A stretch of 64,000 bases of DNA from Squalus acanthias (GCA_030390025.1 CM059438.1:35774001-35838000), one strand, 5' to 3'. Shown: positions 23,818 to 37,484, numbered from the stretch's first letter. The notes: generated by a model not told the origin, from the letters alone. Translations and numbers: made by a program.

Positions 23818-25018
23818 GAATCTTAGAATAGTACAGCACAGGAGGCCATTCTGTCCATTGAGTCTGTGCCAGCTCTTTCGAAGAGCAGTCCAGTTAGTCC
23901 CACCCCCCGCTCTTTCCTCATATCCCTGCAATTTTTTTCCTTTAGAAGGCTACTATTGAATCTGTATCTATCACCCTATCAAGCAGTGCATTCCAAATCC
24001 TAATCACTCGTGTAAAAAACGTGTTCTCATGTCGCCTCTAGTTCTTTTGCCAATCACCTTAAATCTGTGCCCTCTGGTTATCAACCCTTCAGCCATTGGA
24101 AACAGTTTCTCCTTATTTACGCCATCTAAATCCTTCATGATTCTCTCAAATCTCCTCTTGGCCTTCTCTGCTCCAAGGACAACAACCCCAGCTTCTCTAG
24201 TCTATACATGTAACTGTAATCCCTCATCCCTGGAACCATTCTAATAAATCTCTTCTGTACCCTCTCCAAAGCCTTCACATCCTTCCTAAAGTGTGGTGCC
24301 CAGAATTAGACAATACTCCAGCTGGGGCCGAACTAGTGTTTTACACAGGTTTAGCATAACTTCCTGGCTTTTGTACTCTATGCCTCTATTTATAAAGCCC
24401 AGGATCCCATATGCTTTATTAACTGCTTTGTTAACCGGTCCTGCCACCTTCAAAAGATTTGTGCACAAACACCCCTAGGTGTCCCTTTTCTTCCACCCAC
24501 TTTAAAATTGTACCATTTAGCTTGTATTATCGCTCCTCATTCTTCCTACCAAAATGCACCACCTCACACTTTACTGCATTGAATTGCATCTGCCATGTGT
24601 CCACCCATTCCACCAGCTTGTTTATATCCTCTTGAAGTCTATAACTATCTTTCTCACTGGTTTACTACACTTCCAAGTTTCAGGTCACCTGCAAATTTCA
24701 AAATTGCACCCTGTACCCCCAAATGCAAGTCATTAAATGTACATCAAAAACAGCAGCAGTTCTAGTACTGATCCCTGGGGAACACCACTGTACACCTCCC
24801 TCCAGTCCAAAACCACAACAGTTTTTAATCCCTTAACCAATTTTGCATCCCTGCTGCTACTGCCCTTTTTATCCCATGGGCTTCAACTTTGCTAACAAGC
24901 CTAATATGTGGCACTTTATCAAATGCCTTTTGAATGTTGTGAATATGGACATCAACTACACTGCCCTCATCCACCCAATCTTAGCTCATCAAAAATCTCA
25001 ATCAAGTTAGTCAAACAC
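23818..25018 (-). mobile_element. CR1-like LINE (subfamily B), degenerate RT
   Basis: GFINRGIEYKS, LVRPQLEYC and remnants of GVPQGS and AFDKVPH on the minus strand. Confidence 0.88.
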
Positions 25019-26207
25019 ACATGGCAGAAGAATCATTTGTTAAATTTATCAGCTCCAAACCAATGATGCTTTAAGCAGTTTAACAGGTACAGCAAGATTC
25101 ATTAATCACTAGTTCCTGGGCTAGTGTGGGACAAGCACCCAATATTTCTATTTTGGGCACCAACACATCTCTATAATGCTGCATGTACCATTTTATATTT
25201 AGAAAAAGCTTAGCAAAGCAGAACATACCATAAAAAAACCTCAATACAGATTTAGGCCAACTCAAACATACAAGAGGCTGCTAAGGGTTTTTCATCAGAC
25301 CAAGATTACAGAGTTTTAAATCAATTTACAAACATTTCTTCACATCAGCATAATTGTGTCAGTAAGTACTTTCAATGCCTCATGGTTCCCATGTTACTTG
25401 AACTCCTTGTGAGCAGCCCTCCAAAAATTCCCACCAACAATCGGAGTTTGAGTTTTATAGTGGTTAGCTCTACACTCCGTATCCAAGACCACCTGCATTT
25501 TGTCCAGATGCAATGAATGGCAACAGAAGCATGCTCTGCCCAACCTTAGCCAGTCACAAAGACATCCTACACAATTACTTCACATAGCATTATCTAGTAA
25601 ACAGATCAAAGCATTTGGCTTACACCAAAACAGGCACAAATTGATCTTTTAAAGTTTGTCAGCAGTGTTAAAAGAAATGCAATGGTCATGTTGTTCAGCT
25701 GGTGCTTTGAAATCATGCACTTGCAAATTATTAAGTCTTAAAAAGTACAACATTTACACTGAACACATGAAACATACAGTGAAATACCGATACAGAATTG
25801 AGGATGCAGCATATTGAATAAAAGGATGGCACTTGACCCATCAATATGACTAATCAATAAATCAAATTTGAGAAGGAGCTAACATTAAAAGGTTATTATT
25901 GAGGGGTCTGAACTTTAAAGATATGGTTACATCCCAATATTTCCATTTTTGAAACTATTGCAAAGTGATGAAAGGAAATTATAAAGAGTGGGTTGAAAAT
26001 AAAATTCTTTAGATAGCTTGTTGCTACTTTAGATAGACACCAGTGGGAGATAAACTCTTTCTCCCCTTTTCTCTTCCCTCCTCTCACCTCAACCATTTAT
26101 TGCAAGTTAATTGGCAGAGAGGAAATTTATTTTAAAAATCCAGCCTGGAACAATTAAACAGGAAACATTTTCCCCACATACAACAGTAGGTTGAGATCAA
26201 AAATCAC

Positions 26208-26310
26208 CTTGCTCATCCACAGCTCGATTGACATCAAACTCCCACTCCTCCACCCAACGCCAGCCAGGTGGAATCTCAATCTCCTCTTTTGACGAAGACT
26301 TTTCACCATT
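26208..26310 (-). CDS. MYOF: MYOF exon ~28: [34 protein letters not shown]
   Basis: 103 nt, phase 0-1, GT-AG; DysF PPGW motif. Confidence 0.95.
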
Positions 26311-27268
26311 CTATTAAAGAAAACAAAAGCAAACTTTAAGGAACTCTTAACTAAACAGGATTAGAAACAGCTTTAGTTAGTAAACTGTATAGTCACAAAA
26401 GTTGACTTCAAGTTCGTGGTGTATAATTTCTTGAAAGCATGAAATAAGAAAACCATAATACAAAAAAGGTAAGCAAGAGCACAGAAAGACTTGCAGAAAT
26501 TTCATTAGGCTATCTGTCAGCAAATGGTTTCAGAGCTTGGTTCAAGTAGTGGCTAACTTGGCATTTAAATTTCAGCTTGCAAATGACCAAGCCGCAGGTA
26601 GCAACCCTGTCTGGGAGTACGAGCAACGTTGCCCCAAAGTCTGTCATTAGTATTCTGGGAAAATATTTTGAAGGAAAGAAAGAGTGTGTTCAGGTACACC
26701 TATAGCAGCATTTGTATTCTTGGTATGAACATCTCTTCTGGCCCAGTAACACTGCACAGGGTGGTGCAATAGCTTGTAAATCTGTAATAAATGTACGGGT
26801 CTATTCACAGTCTGCTAAAAACCAAACAGTCCCATTTTCAAACGATTGCAAGAGTTGAAGAGCTCATGGGATCGTTAAATCAACTACACCAGTGGCACAG
26901 GGGCCAGGTGAGCTTTATTTTAAAAAAATACACATGTGGGTTGCATGGTTTGTGCAGTGAGAGCTTACTCAATTGGGGTTTGAACTTCTACCCATGCCAG
27001 ACTAGCAGCATTTCCAGGTTCCCTACATAATTATAATGTAACACTCAAAATCCAATTCAAATTAAAGCAGATTAATAAGTTTGCGACCTTGAAATATTGC
27101 TTTAAATATTACCAAGTCTTATCCAACTATAGATGGAGAACACGCCATCACTGCAAGAGAACTCACAAACCACACTCTTGGTTGATAGCTTTCCCTCGAT
27201 TGTATGATTTATGTCACATACGATTGTAGTGCAATAAATGCAGACGCTGGAAATATTACAATACGCAC

Positions 27269-27383
27269 CAGATCAGTGTAAGGCTCCTCTGCTATTTTCC
27301 ATTCAGCTCCAGGATAGCTGGAGTGATTTTCATAAACTTCATCAATAAATTCTGTGTGACCAGCATCAGCTTCCGTTAGCAAA
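27269..27383 (-). CDS. MYOF: MYOF exon ~27: (S)LLTEADAGHTEFIDEVYENHSSYPGAEWKIAEEPYTDL
   Basis: 115 nt, phase 2-0, GT-AG. Confidence 0.95.
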
Positions 27384-27501
27384 CTATTCGCAAAAATAAA
27401 AAAAGAGCCAAGTTATGGTATATTTTATTCTATAGGAAATGCAAGTATTTTTCTTGACACTATTGATCTTGCCTCTCCTCTTCCCTTCATTTGGTCTAAA
27501 G

Positions 27502-27560
27502 CAGGGGTTCTCAACAGCGGGTCTGCAAGAGGGTTTCAGGGGGGTCTGGCATAATCCGGG
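27502..27560 (+). mobile_element. hAT-like terminal inverted repeat, one end only
   Basis: caggggttctcaac start typical of hAT/Charlie ends; partner end not found. Confidence 0.35.
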
Positions 27561-28659
27561 ATTTAAAAAAAAATACACCATCGCGTAAAGGTGGGATCGA
27601 ACAGAGAAAACTGGCAGCTCTGGTCCAGACTCGGACCTCTTTCTCCACCCGCCCCCTCGAATGTCTGTGACGACAGTGGCAGCTGAACCCAGGCCCCCGC
27701 TTGCTGAGAAGGGAGACACACAGCTGGTCTCTGTCCTCCGCTCTCCTCTCGCCAGGTCCCGCTGTATATGGGTAGACTCTAAAGGGCTTGCCCACCGCTC
27801 CCATTCCCCAATGGAAGTGAATGAGCGCACAGCTGCCTCTGGTCCCAGTAGTGGCACTGGTGGGGTAGCATTGGCATCATTCCTCCCCTCCGACAGATTA
27901 TTCATCCAGACCAAGGGAAAGTGGGAGTGGTGGAGGTGAGAAGAGGAAAATAAAATTCCCAATAGGGCTGGAAAAGTCAATTAAGAACGAGTGCTACAGG
28001 GAGGTTTTAAAGTTACCAGAAGCAAGAGAGTTTCCTAAAGATACAGGAAAAAAAAAAACTAGATCTTGCCCAAATCAAATGTTTCAAACTTCAAGCAAAA
28101 GGAAATCAATCCTGAACAAATGCAGCAACAAAATCAGAAGGAAACCATGGAGGACTGGAGGAGAGATGTTATAAACTGGGGAAGAGGCCTGGTTTGTCAG
28201 TTCAAAGCTGGACAGCAAGTCAGCCTCTGGCTAGTTGAGGAATTTTCCACTCCTCTTCGAGGTTGCAGAAGAGAGTCCAACAATAAATTAATAACTTGGT
28301 CAGACTTTAGAAGCAGTGATCTAGATTCATTATTCTGTTTTCCAGTTATAAAAGATTCCTTTAGAATTGAACCCTTACATTTTTAATCTATGGAAAAATA
28401 GTTTCAGTTCAGTTTTGACAAAGGCTAAAAATCATCTCAGGTGGGGTGGGTGGGTGAGTGGTCATTGCACTTGGTTCTAATCAGCACTAGTAAGTGTAGA
28501 ATACAGTAGAGGTAGTATTTTAAATTAGTTTTTTTCAAAATCAGAAGTTGATAAAAAAAATGTATCCTTCCTAAACATCTATGAAGTACTCATTAAATGG
28601 GAAGCATACTAATTGAGCCTCAATATTTCTGTTCTATGCCACCCACATTCTGTCCCACA

Positions 28660-28990
28660 CCAACTCCTACTTGCCCATTACCCCACCCGCCTCCACTGGC
28701 TCCCTGTCCTCCTAATGCACAGAATTCAAAATCTTCATTTACAAATCTTCCCACTGCCCCGGCTCACCAACCTCCTCCAACAGTATGTTCAGTCCAATGT
28801 CCCTCCTTCCCTCCCTCTGCTGCATCACCATAGCAGAGTTGTCAGCCATCTCAGCCTCATTCTTGAACAGCTTATAGGGGTTCAGAAAGGGAGTTCCAAT
28901 CTCTCCCTTCCTTTAAAAGCTTCCTCAAAAAATCGCTCTTCAAAATCTCTCTTCAATTATGCCATCAGTCATCTCTCCTAAATCAGCTAC
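28660..28990 (+). mobile_element. L2-like LINE 3' remnant
   Basis: LHWLPV...RIQ motif typical of L2 ORF2 C-termini; degenerate. Confidence 0.5.
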
Positions 28991-29602
28991 TATCGTTGCC
29001 CATCCACTTCTCCTGATCAGCTTGGCACATTTAATGTTAAATACACTGGATAAATACAAGTTATTACTCAATGCTGGATCAGAAACACCAATGCCACCTC
29101 TCGAACTGTATCTTGTGTGGTTTGCTGCCACCAGCTGGCAGTGCACTGGCATAACCAGAATGGTTTCAAATTAGTTTAGTCAAGCACACTTCTAGTACAA
29201 TTGATGATTAAAACATGGTCAGTGAATGCCCCCTTCTGGGCAGAAGAGTTAAGTGCAGTAGCGAGAGGCAGCTTCCCATAAATGGGAAAAAGTACTGTGG
29301 GGGAGAAAAACCACAATGAGTATTTGGCCATGTTGGACAGGGGAGGGGAAACTTAACTGATCACCCCTCCCTGAGCAGCAGCAGGTTAAAAAAGGAAATA
29401 GCGAAGGAAGATTAAACAGGGTAAGCATCTGAATATGTAGCTATCATACACCGACCCATAGAGTGGCCAAAGATACAGGTGCACAGGAGAGTAAAATATT
29501 CGAACATTGCTTTTCTTCAGAAAATTATTTTTCTAATTTAGGCCACACAAAGTATGAGAGTTATTGGAGCCAATAAATATTTAGAGTAAAAAAATGTCTG
29601 AC

Positions 29603-29766
29603 CTTCTTTCAGGATCAACGAACCAGTCGCCTTCCCATTCCCACCCTCTCGGGGGCATGAAGCTTTCCCTCTTCAGTTTTATTTTGCCAGTTACATCAGA
29701 AAACTTGTAGCGACCCACAAGCCCACCAGTGCCCCATTTGCCCAGTATCTGTGCTTGGTTTTCATA
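29603..29766 (-). CDS. MYOF: MYOF exon ~26: [54 protein letters not shown]
   Basis: 164 nt, phase 0-2, GT-AG. Confidence 0.96.
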
Positions 29767-30590
29767 CTATATTCAAAGAAGAAAGATTAACAGGCATAAA
29801 AAGTGGGTAAAGGAACATTAAATGCCTACCCCTAATTTGAGACAATTGCCAAGTGTAAATTTAAGATGTGTATAATAAGGAGAGCAATTATTCATTAATA
29901 GAGAGGAAGTAACTTAATCATTGAAAAAAAATGTATCAGTGTCTGGTTAAGCACAAACATTAAATATATCTTACACAAAAACAAAATGATTAAGCACCAG
30001 GACAAATTGGTGTCCAAGAGCTAAAACTACGTGGCACTGGTGGCCAAAATTAATTAAAAAAGATATATAAAAAAAAGTGAGCGAGCTGCTCCCAGGCCTC
30101 TGCCAATGGTGCACCCGACATGAGAGCACAACCAAGACCACAGTTAAATCTATCTTTTGATTTTCCTTCCCTCACTGCGAGGAGATGACATGAATACTGC
30201 CCAAGACAAAAGGTCCAAAATGGAGAACGGTGGGCTTCAATGCGAAGGAAGAAACATATTGGGAGTGACTGTCTACCACACCACTTGGATTAAAAATGTT
30301 GTATAGCGCAACTTCAGTAGGGCCGAGTTAACTCCTCTCAACTGGCCAATGTGACGTAGGAATGTGGAATCCCATTGGCGTTCAATGCACAACATTGAAA
30401 ATTGCTGTTGTATAATGGTAGAGAATTTAGTAACTAAAGGTCTGGAATCCTGCCCATTGAGGAGGGGAAAGTCATGTGCCACAGTACTGGACAGGTATTT
30501 CTATTCTACATTTACAATTTCCTATCTGCATCTTTGTATTAACTCATTCTGCTGCAAAGGAATTAAAAAAAACATGCGCTTCTGGTTTAC

Positions 30591-30713
30591 CAATTCAGAG
30601 AATACACTGAAGTTTCCTTCCGAAAAGCTGTTGAATTTGCTCTCAACAGCCGAGAGTCCAAGCCAAAAGCGGACACGTAACTGAGTTGGAATTTTGCTCT
30701 TGCCTTGCACGTA
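30591..30713 (-). CDS. MYOF: MYOF exon ~25: YVQGKSKIPTQLRVRFWLGLSAVESKFNSFSEGNFSVFSEL
   Basis: 123 nt, phase 0-0, GT-AG. Confidence 0.93.
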
Positions 30714-30859
30714 CTAGAAGAACAGAAGTAAAGGTTAGCCTGTCCGAACATTTGCATTAAAACCAAACATTCTGAATCGTCAATGTACTAATTATCTGGT
30801 ACCGTATTGTGATCGCTAATTAAGATTTATTTAAATTAATCATAATCTTCAAAAATCCT

Positions 30860-31160
30860 ACCTCAGTGGTCAATGACACTGTGGTATGGTAGTGACCTAC
30901 ACAAACCAGGTTTGGTCTTTGCGGAGTTAACTTATTTCAGGTTGGGTGGCAGTGGGGCACTACATTTGGTGGCAGAACCCCTTAGCTTAGGCCAGGATTT
31001 GGGGAGGGGGGTGGGGAAGACAGAACTAAAAAGAAATGTAAATTGGACAATGTTTCTGCTCAAGATTTATCCAGTAACTCTTGCTGGAAATCTTCATGTA
31101 TGCAAGTTGGGCAAGGACAGGATGAACTTGGTGGTGATGTCCCCCACTGTCACTAACCTG
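30860..31160 (+). mobile_element. AmnSINE2-like SINE, diverged
   Basis: Motifs ggtctttgcggagttaacttatttcag and gcagtggggcactaca. Confidence 0.5.
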
Positions 31161-32112
31161 CAGATACTCCTTATCCAACCTCAAGGAATAGCTACTTGGT
31201 TCAGAGGCTGCCAGGTGCCTGTAGAATTGGGCCCAGCGCATGTCACTGTCGTCAGGGGAAATAAAGGGGTCTATGGAACTGGGCCTATCACAATCACTCA
31301 CCTGGAATTTCCATCCAGTTCTCCCAATCTCCTAATATAGCTTCAGCGGGAGATTGGCAGAAACTCTAGAAAACCAGCGCAAGTGATCGTTTACACCGTT
31401 TCAACAGGGTTTCCACTGTAATTATGACAGGAGAACTTTGCCATCTGAAGCCAATCGGTTAGAATTTCCGCAAAGTACAAGAGGAGCAATTTTGAGGGAT
31501 CTATGCAGAAAACAGCTAGAATATTTTGGCCTTGATAATAAATTGTTGGCTTTTGTAAAAATGACTCAATAAAAAACTAAAATAGCATTTGGGTTCTAAC
31601 AGTTGCTAAGTGACCAGTTTTAACAAGTTTTTTCAGAACCATTTAGTAACTGGATGGAACAGATACTGAATTAATAATGGACTGTCTCCTCATTGTGCAA
31701 TTTAGCACAGGAGAAACCCAATTGTTAAAATTGATTTGGTTGTTAATGAACAAGTTACTTGAATATATTTCTTGAAACCAAATTGACTAGCACCAGATAA
31801 TACGAGGCTTAATCCAGCTGTGCAGTTTAAACATGTGTACAATGAACTACAACAAGAGCAACAATTGAGTTAGAAAATAAGTAAAACAGTATCCCAGGTA
31901 GCAAGACCAAAAAAGCCAATGAGAATATTTGTGCCTAATATGTCAATATCTATTATCCATACAGGGCAAATATCAAACATACACGATACCATAGTATTAA
32001 TTTATGTAAGGCTTTGCAAAACAAAAGCCAAATAAATGATTTCTGCATTCTTTATGAAGAGTATTAAATAAACAGAGTTATCAATAATGCCAAGTGCCAG
32101 ACTCAAATCTAC

Positions 32113-32268
32113 CTTCAGAAATATGGTCTGTGTCTTTCCACAGTATCTGCCACAGGCTTCTTCGCTGGTAGTCGAGTAAAGTACCTCATGAGCCGGGATT
32201 CGTGCATATGCAACTCGTTTCTCATCGCATATCATCCAGATGATCACGTCAGGCATGCTATTTTGTGG
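32113..32268 (-). CDS. MYOF: MYOF exon ~24 (FerB): PQNSMPDVIIWM...CGKTQTIFLK
   Basis: 156 nt, phase 0-0, GT-AG. Confidence 0.96.
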
Positions 32269-32352
32269 CTGTTAGGGCAAAAAAAAAAAGGCTTTGCCAT
32301 GGTAACAGGCTCTTTCCGACTAAGCCAAGTATAGAAGTTAATCTAGCAAATT

Positions 32353-32680
32353 CAGGCTCCCCTGGTGGGTTAGTGGATGAATACACTGCATAGTCGATGA
32401 GAATCTGTACTGAACGAAGAAGGTCCCAAGTTCAAACCCTGGCCTGTGCGGAGTTAACACCCAGCTAGGGCAGAGATTGGGCTTCGACAATTGCCCAGAG
32501 TTACTCGGATTAAGGGCAGGAAGAAACAAAATCAGCAAAGTGCGTGCGTATGGATGCTAGATGCGCAGCTATGATACATCCTGGCAGTCAAATAATCAGC
32601 TTTATACTCTAGGCTCATGCATGAAGAATGACCATTTGGAAAGTTGCCAGCACCTGTGAAACTGTATTCGGAATGAGGGG
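32353..32680 (+). mobile_element. AmnSINE2-like SINE with recognisable head
   Basis: ggctcccctggtgggttagtgg (A-box-like) and gaaggtcccaagttcaaaccctggcctgtg (B-box-like). Confidence 0.6.
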
Positions 32681-33394
32681 AGGTGAAAAAGACAAAATGG
32701 GCGAATGCCAACTATTATACCACACATGTAATGACTCATTACTTGCGACTTTAATCTTGCATACAAGATCAAAATTCTATTCAAACAGTATCCATTGTAT
32801 TCAGCGCATTACTTCCAATCTCTAAGGGTACAGTTACACTACAATATCTGGAGTACAAGTACACCACAATAGCAGGTGAAGCGGTTTCACTTCACACCAA
32901 CATTATAGTAACGTAAATCAATCAGATTTAACGTGGGGTGAAATGGAGCAAGACGGCTCCAACACTAAATTGCTTCACAGCAACATTACTGTTACAGTAT
33001 AAATGCACCTTGCAATGATAAGAAAAATGTACAGGAGAGACTATGAAATGTGTAGAGCAGGATAAGAGTTTGCCCCTAATGTATTTTTAATTTTCTATTC
33101 AACACTGAAACAACTCAACTGCAAAGACTAGTGCTCAAAATCTAAAGATTATGGATTTTGAATGTCATCCGTCATCAATCTCATGTTTTCTGGTGCCTTT
33201 CACAATACAGCAACATTTTTTTTTTTTTTTTTTTTTTAAGAACAGAAGTTTATACAAGGCAATTTAAAAGGTTATTAAAAACATATCAAATGCTATAAAA
33301 TGTTAGTTTTAGCTCCCTCACCAGCACCTCTCTTGACCCCTCCATTACCTCCGATTTGTCACACAGCTTGTCTGACATCCGGTAGTGGAAGCGC

Positions 33395-33670
33395 AGCAAC
33401 TTCCTCCGATTTTGGCCTCCTGCGAACCCTTGATTTTAATCACTCCACCATTGTCGGCCGTGCCTTCAGCTGCCTGGGCCCCAAGCTCGAGAATTCCCTC
33501 CCTAAACCCCCCTCTCCCCCTTTAAGACGCTCCTTAAAACCTACCTCTTTGATCAAGCTTTTAGTCACCTGTCCTTATATGGCACAGTCAAATTTTGTTT
33601 GATAACACTCCTGTGAAGCACCTTGGGACGTTTAACTACGTTAAAAGGCGCTATATAAATGACAGCTGTT
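33395..33670 (+). mobile_element. L2-like LINE 3' end
   Basis: GRAFSCLGPKLENSLP and tttaagacgctccttaaaacctacctcttt; tail gtgaagcaccttgggacg...gcgctatataaat. Confidence 0.7.
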
Positions 33671-33829
33671 TTAAAATACTGTTATGTTAGTTTCCTCTAA
33701 GTATAGATATTGCCCAAAAAAAAAAAATCACAAAGCTCCTTTTAAATGAACGGACTAAAATGAACACTCATGCAGATAGGTAGATGGAACAGAATACAAG
33801 GTTTAGCCATTGCAAGTTTGACCACTAAC

Positions 33830-34022
33830 CTCTTCAGCCAATGACTGAAGTCTGTCTAGCCAGTCTTCAATATCAATGATTGTCTCTTTCAGATCCTCTG
33901 CCTCCATCCGCATGCGTTTTGCAGCTTCAAGAATACCTTCCAGAGTGGTTTTACGAAGCTTTAGGATTTGCAGATCAAGTTGTGTTACGTTAGGTTTACC
34001 TTCAATCTTCGGCAGAGGTTGG
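33830..34022 (-). CDS. MYOF: MYOF exon ~23 (FerA): (S)QPLPKIEGKPNVTQLDLQI...IEDWLDRLQSLAEE
   Basis: 193 nt, phase 2-0, GT-AG. Confidence 0.96.
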
Positions 34023-35287
34023 CTGAAATCAGAGGGCAGATTCAAGGACAAGACTTGCAGCAGAGGGATCACCAACCTCAACCAACTAACTGGTTTGCTA
34101 AAAAATTAACTGAATTTAAAGTAGTGAGGAGGGAATAGCTAGTACTCTATGCTTGAATAGAGAATGAAGAATGCAGTGAAAACCAAAGGTAACAATCCTG
34201 TTGCAGGTCTATGACTTGTTCAATAACTTTCAACCAGATCTTTCATTAGCAGCTAAACCAAAGAAATCTATTTGAGTGTTAATAAACTATATAGCGCTCC
34301 CATGAACAATATCAACCAAGGTGTTTGAAGCATAACAATGGGCTCTGGAAAATCTCCACCTTGCTTTTTGGTACTGCAGAATAGAATTTCTCCAAGTCTT
34401 TCTATACTCCCATCAAGTACAAGAGTCAAGTTTGAGAGATGTCTGGACTGATATTTTCAACTGCTTATCCCAACAGATCATTTCAACGACTGCAATCTAA
34501 TTTATTAATATGCACTGTCTGAACCATAACACTTAATCTACTGGTGCTGTAAATATTAAAGCGGCATAGATTGGGGAATAAAATGAAAACAGGTTTATAA
34601 AAAGTTTCACTGTTGCTCAACCAGCCACAAGATAGGACATTTCATCTCAGGATACTTGCTAGAATGTCTCCTGTTGGAGGATAATGCACTAGTATTTACA
34701 GCAACTATGGAGAAACTTGTAACCAGCTGTGTCCCAGCTACCCAGTTGTTGTTTTTTTTTTTTAATTCTCAGGTTGGGAAACACCAGCAAGGCTGTATTT
34801 ATATAGTCACATTCCCATCCCCTTCTTACTTCATAGCAATTGTTTAGGCAACTGAATGGCTTCAGAGGTCATCAGAGGTCATCAAGAGTTAACCATGTAG
34901 CGTTGGACTAGGCCGTTAGTGGACCAGTTGGGGTTTGTTTATATGAAAAAAAAACCAATCTAGCAGCTTTCACGGTCAATTTCTCTGGTGCCAGCCCATA
35001 ACTTAACAGATATATTTAAGTCAATTTCACAATTTACCATGGTTGGAGCTGAACACAATCTTTGGGTTGCTAGTCTAGTATCATAGCCACTGCACTACCA
35101 CATCCAATTGTGCTGGAGCAGCAATGATGGCGAAGTTTACTTCAGATAAATATGCAAGATATTACAAGGATCTGTCCATTCATACAATCCAGTTGTATCA
35201 ATATCCCATCAGGAGACTGCACAGCTCGCAAAGTATCTTGTACAGGAAATAGTTTTACAATGCTGGGTACGATTGTTTTTTTTTTAC

Positions 35288-35394
35288 CTGCAATCTTCTA
35301 TGACTTGTTCAATAACTTTCAACCAGATCTCAGCCAGGCGTTCTTCACCAAATTTGGCCTGAATAGCACTCTTCAGCATCTTTAAGCTATCTTC
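35288..35394 (-). CDS. MYOF: MYOF exon ~22: EDSLKMLKSAIQAKFGEERLAEIWLKVIEQVIEDC
   Basis: 107 nt, phase 0-2, GT-AG. Confidence 0.94.
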
Positions 35395-35644
35395 CTGGAA
35401 GAATGAATAAAAAGATTTTTTTAAAAAAGAGAAAATGGACTTTTATTTTTAGTCAACCACTGTAGGCAGAGTTGCAGTAAAGTGCCAGCTTTAAAATGCT
35501 GTGTTTATGTTGGTGAACTGCCTCCTGAAGCAATGCTTCAACAACGACCCCCAGTTTTACTGGAATGGTAACTGCTCCCTTTAAATTACAGGCAGTTTCT
35601 ACTGCAACTGGATCAATTTTAAGACAACTCTGCATGTAAAAGTT

Positions 35645-35830
35645 NNNNNNNNNNNNNNNNNNNNNNNNNNNNNNNNNNNNNNNNNNNNNNNNNNNNNNNN
35701 NNNNNNNNNNNNNNNNNNNNNNNNNNNNNNNNNNNNNNNNNNNNNNNNNNNNNNNNNNNNNNNNNNNNNNNNNNNNNNNNNNNNNNNNNNNNNNNNNNNN
35801 NNNNNNNNNNNNNNNNNNNNNNNNNNNNNN
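35645..35830. other. Assembly gap (186 N)
   Basis: Run of N; flanking exons join in frame, so no core exon appears to be missing. Confidence 0.99.
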
Positions 35831-36646
35831 GGCCTTCACCAATGGCGAGGGAAGGTCAGCACACATCAGTGACTGCAGATCTCCTTTACTGCCCTATGCA
35901 GAGCCAAGAAAGACCACTTCAAATCATTCAACCTACTAGCAACCATCTTTTGGCCACCTTCACCTCTGACAGCAAACTGCTTTGAGGCAGCATTCCCATT
36001 GATGGTGCATGTGGTCTTCAGAAGAGCGGCTTTGTTTATATTTGCGGTTGGTTGCTGACTTTAGGGGTACCGTCAATGGGAAATTGAATATGAATGGGCG
36101 ATAACATATGCTGATCGGGTTATCAACCACTTGTGCGAAAATCCTTCTCTTACTTCAAAATGAAAATAGAAGGGAGTCAAGTGAATATGTTGATGGCAGA
36201 GAGGATCACTATAATGAAGTCATTTTTTCAGTGATCTAGAAGGAAATGGATGGTTGTGCCCCATCAAAATTGACAGGACTGATACGGAGCTGGCATGCCC
36301 TAATTGGTGGGCAGGACTGACAACTTAATAAAAAAAGTACACAAGGTGAAAATAAAATCAGTTACTGTCAGTTGATCAGGGATAGCTGGATACGTCACAA
36401 ATTAAAAGATGCAGCATCGAACATCTGATGGTATTGTGATTTGGTTGACCTCTACAGACATTGCAACTTAACTGAAAAAATAAAAAGCAAAGCAATTTAT
36501 TTGCAGTAGGAGGCAACTTTAGCTGGAAAAACCCACCAGGAACTTCTTGTCGTTTATTCTACACAAAATGTATCAAGATGAAAAGACTTCATGGTAAAAA
36601 TCAGGGGAGGAGACAGGTGGAAAGAATAAAAAAGGGAAATGCTTAC

Positions 36647-36771
36647 CACTCTGCGAATCATTTTTAGGATGATGTTCACCGAATCCAACCGATGACTAAT
36701 ATCTTCCCAGTAAGAGGTCAGCGTCACCACAGGTTTTGTGTTGGCCCACGGTAGAAAATAGTAATAATTAC
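36647..36771 (-). CDS. MYOF: MYOF exon ~21: (G)NYYYFLPWANTKPVVTLTSYWEDISHRLDSVNIILKMIRRV
   Basis: 125 nt, phase 1-0, GT-AG. Confidence 0.96.
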
Positions 36772-37116
36772 CTGACAGAAACAAAGATAATCGTGACTTA
36801 GCAGATAGAATGACGACCTTGTTCGTGTCTTCTAAAGAGTGTTCCTTGCTGTCTTCATAGAAATTGCAGCACAGAAGGGAGAGATTCAGCCCGCTGTGCC
36901 ATTGCTGGCTATCTACTCTAATCCCATTTACCTGCCCTTTTTCCTTTTACATTCTTCCTTATTGAACACTTCGCTTTTAAACAACATCTTAGCCTCAGTA
37001 ACCACTTGTGGCAGATATAAAACCCAGACTGCTATTGGCTTTTTAGACCTGCACTCCCACCTTCAAAAATCTATGCATTTGAAGCCCGAGATCTCAACAG
37101 TCTTGCCATTTAGAGC

Positions 37117-37344
37117 AGGAGTGCGCAAGCTTTGGTCTTTGAGCCACATGGGGGTTTCCATGGAACCTTGGGGGCCAAATATAAAAAGTTTAAATCAAAT
37201 GTTCCAATTTAGGAAGTATCCATCAGTAAGACAATAGTAAAACCTAAAAACAAAAAAGTTTTCTAAACCTCCAGACCCACAAAATTTGAACAAACTAGGA
37301 AATAACATTGTACGTGACCAGAGGCTGCAGATTGGACACCCCAG
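37117..37344. mobile_element. Possible hAT-type MITE
   Basis: Imperfect ends caggagtgcgcaa / ttggacaccccag; no clear TSD. Confidence 0.35.
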
Positions 37345-37484
37345 ATTGGCTTCCTTTCACTATGGTTTTGCTCACTATGTACCACTTCTCATTTCTGGAG
37401 GCACACCACTACCCACATCTCATCAACTGGAAATACATCCTTTGACCCCCTATCCTCAGTTTTGTGTCCTTTAGCCATGCATAT

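Noticed and set aside
27384-27980. 198-aa minus-strand ORF next to exon ~27
   Set aside because: No recognisable homology, GC-rich repeat-like intron sequence, and exons 26 and 27 join in frame without it.
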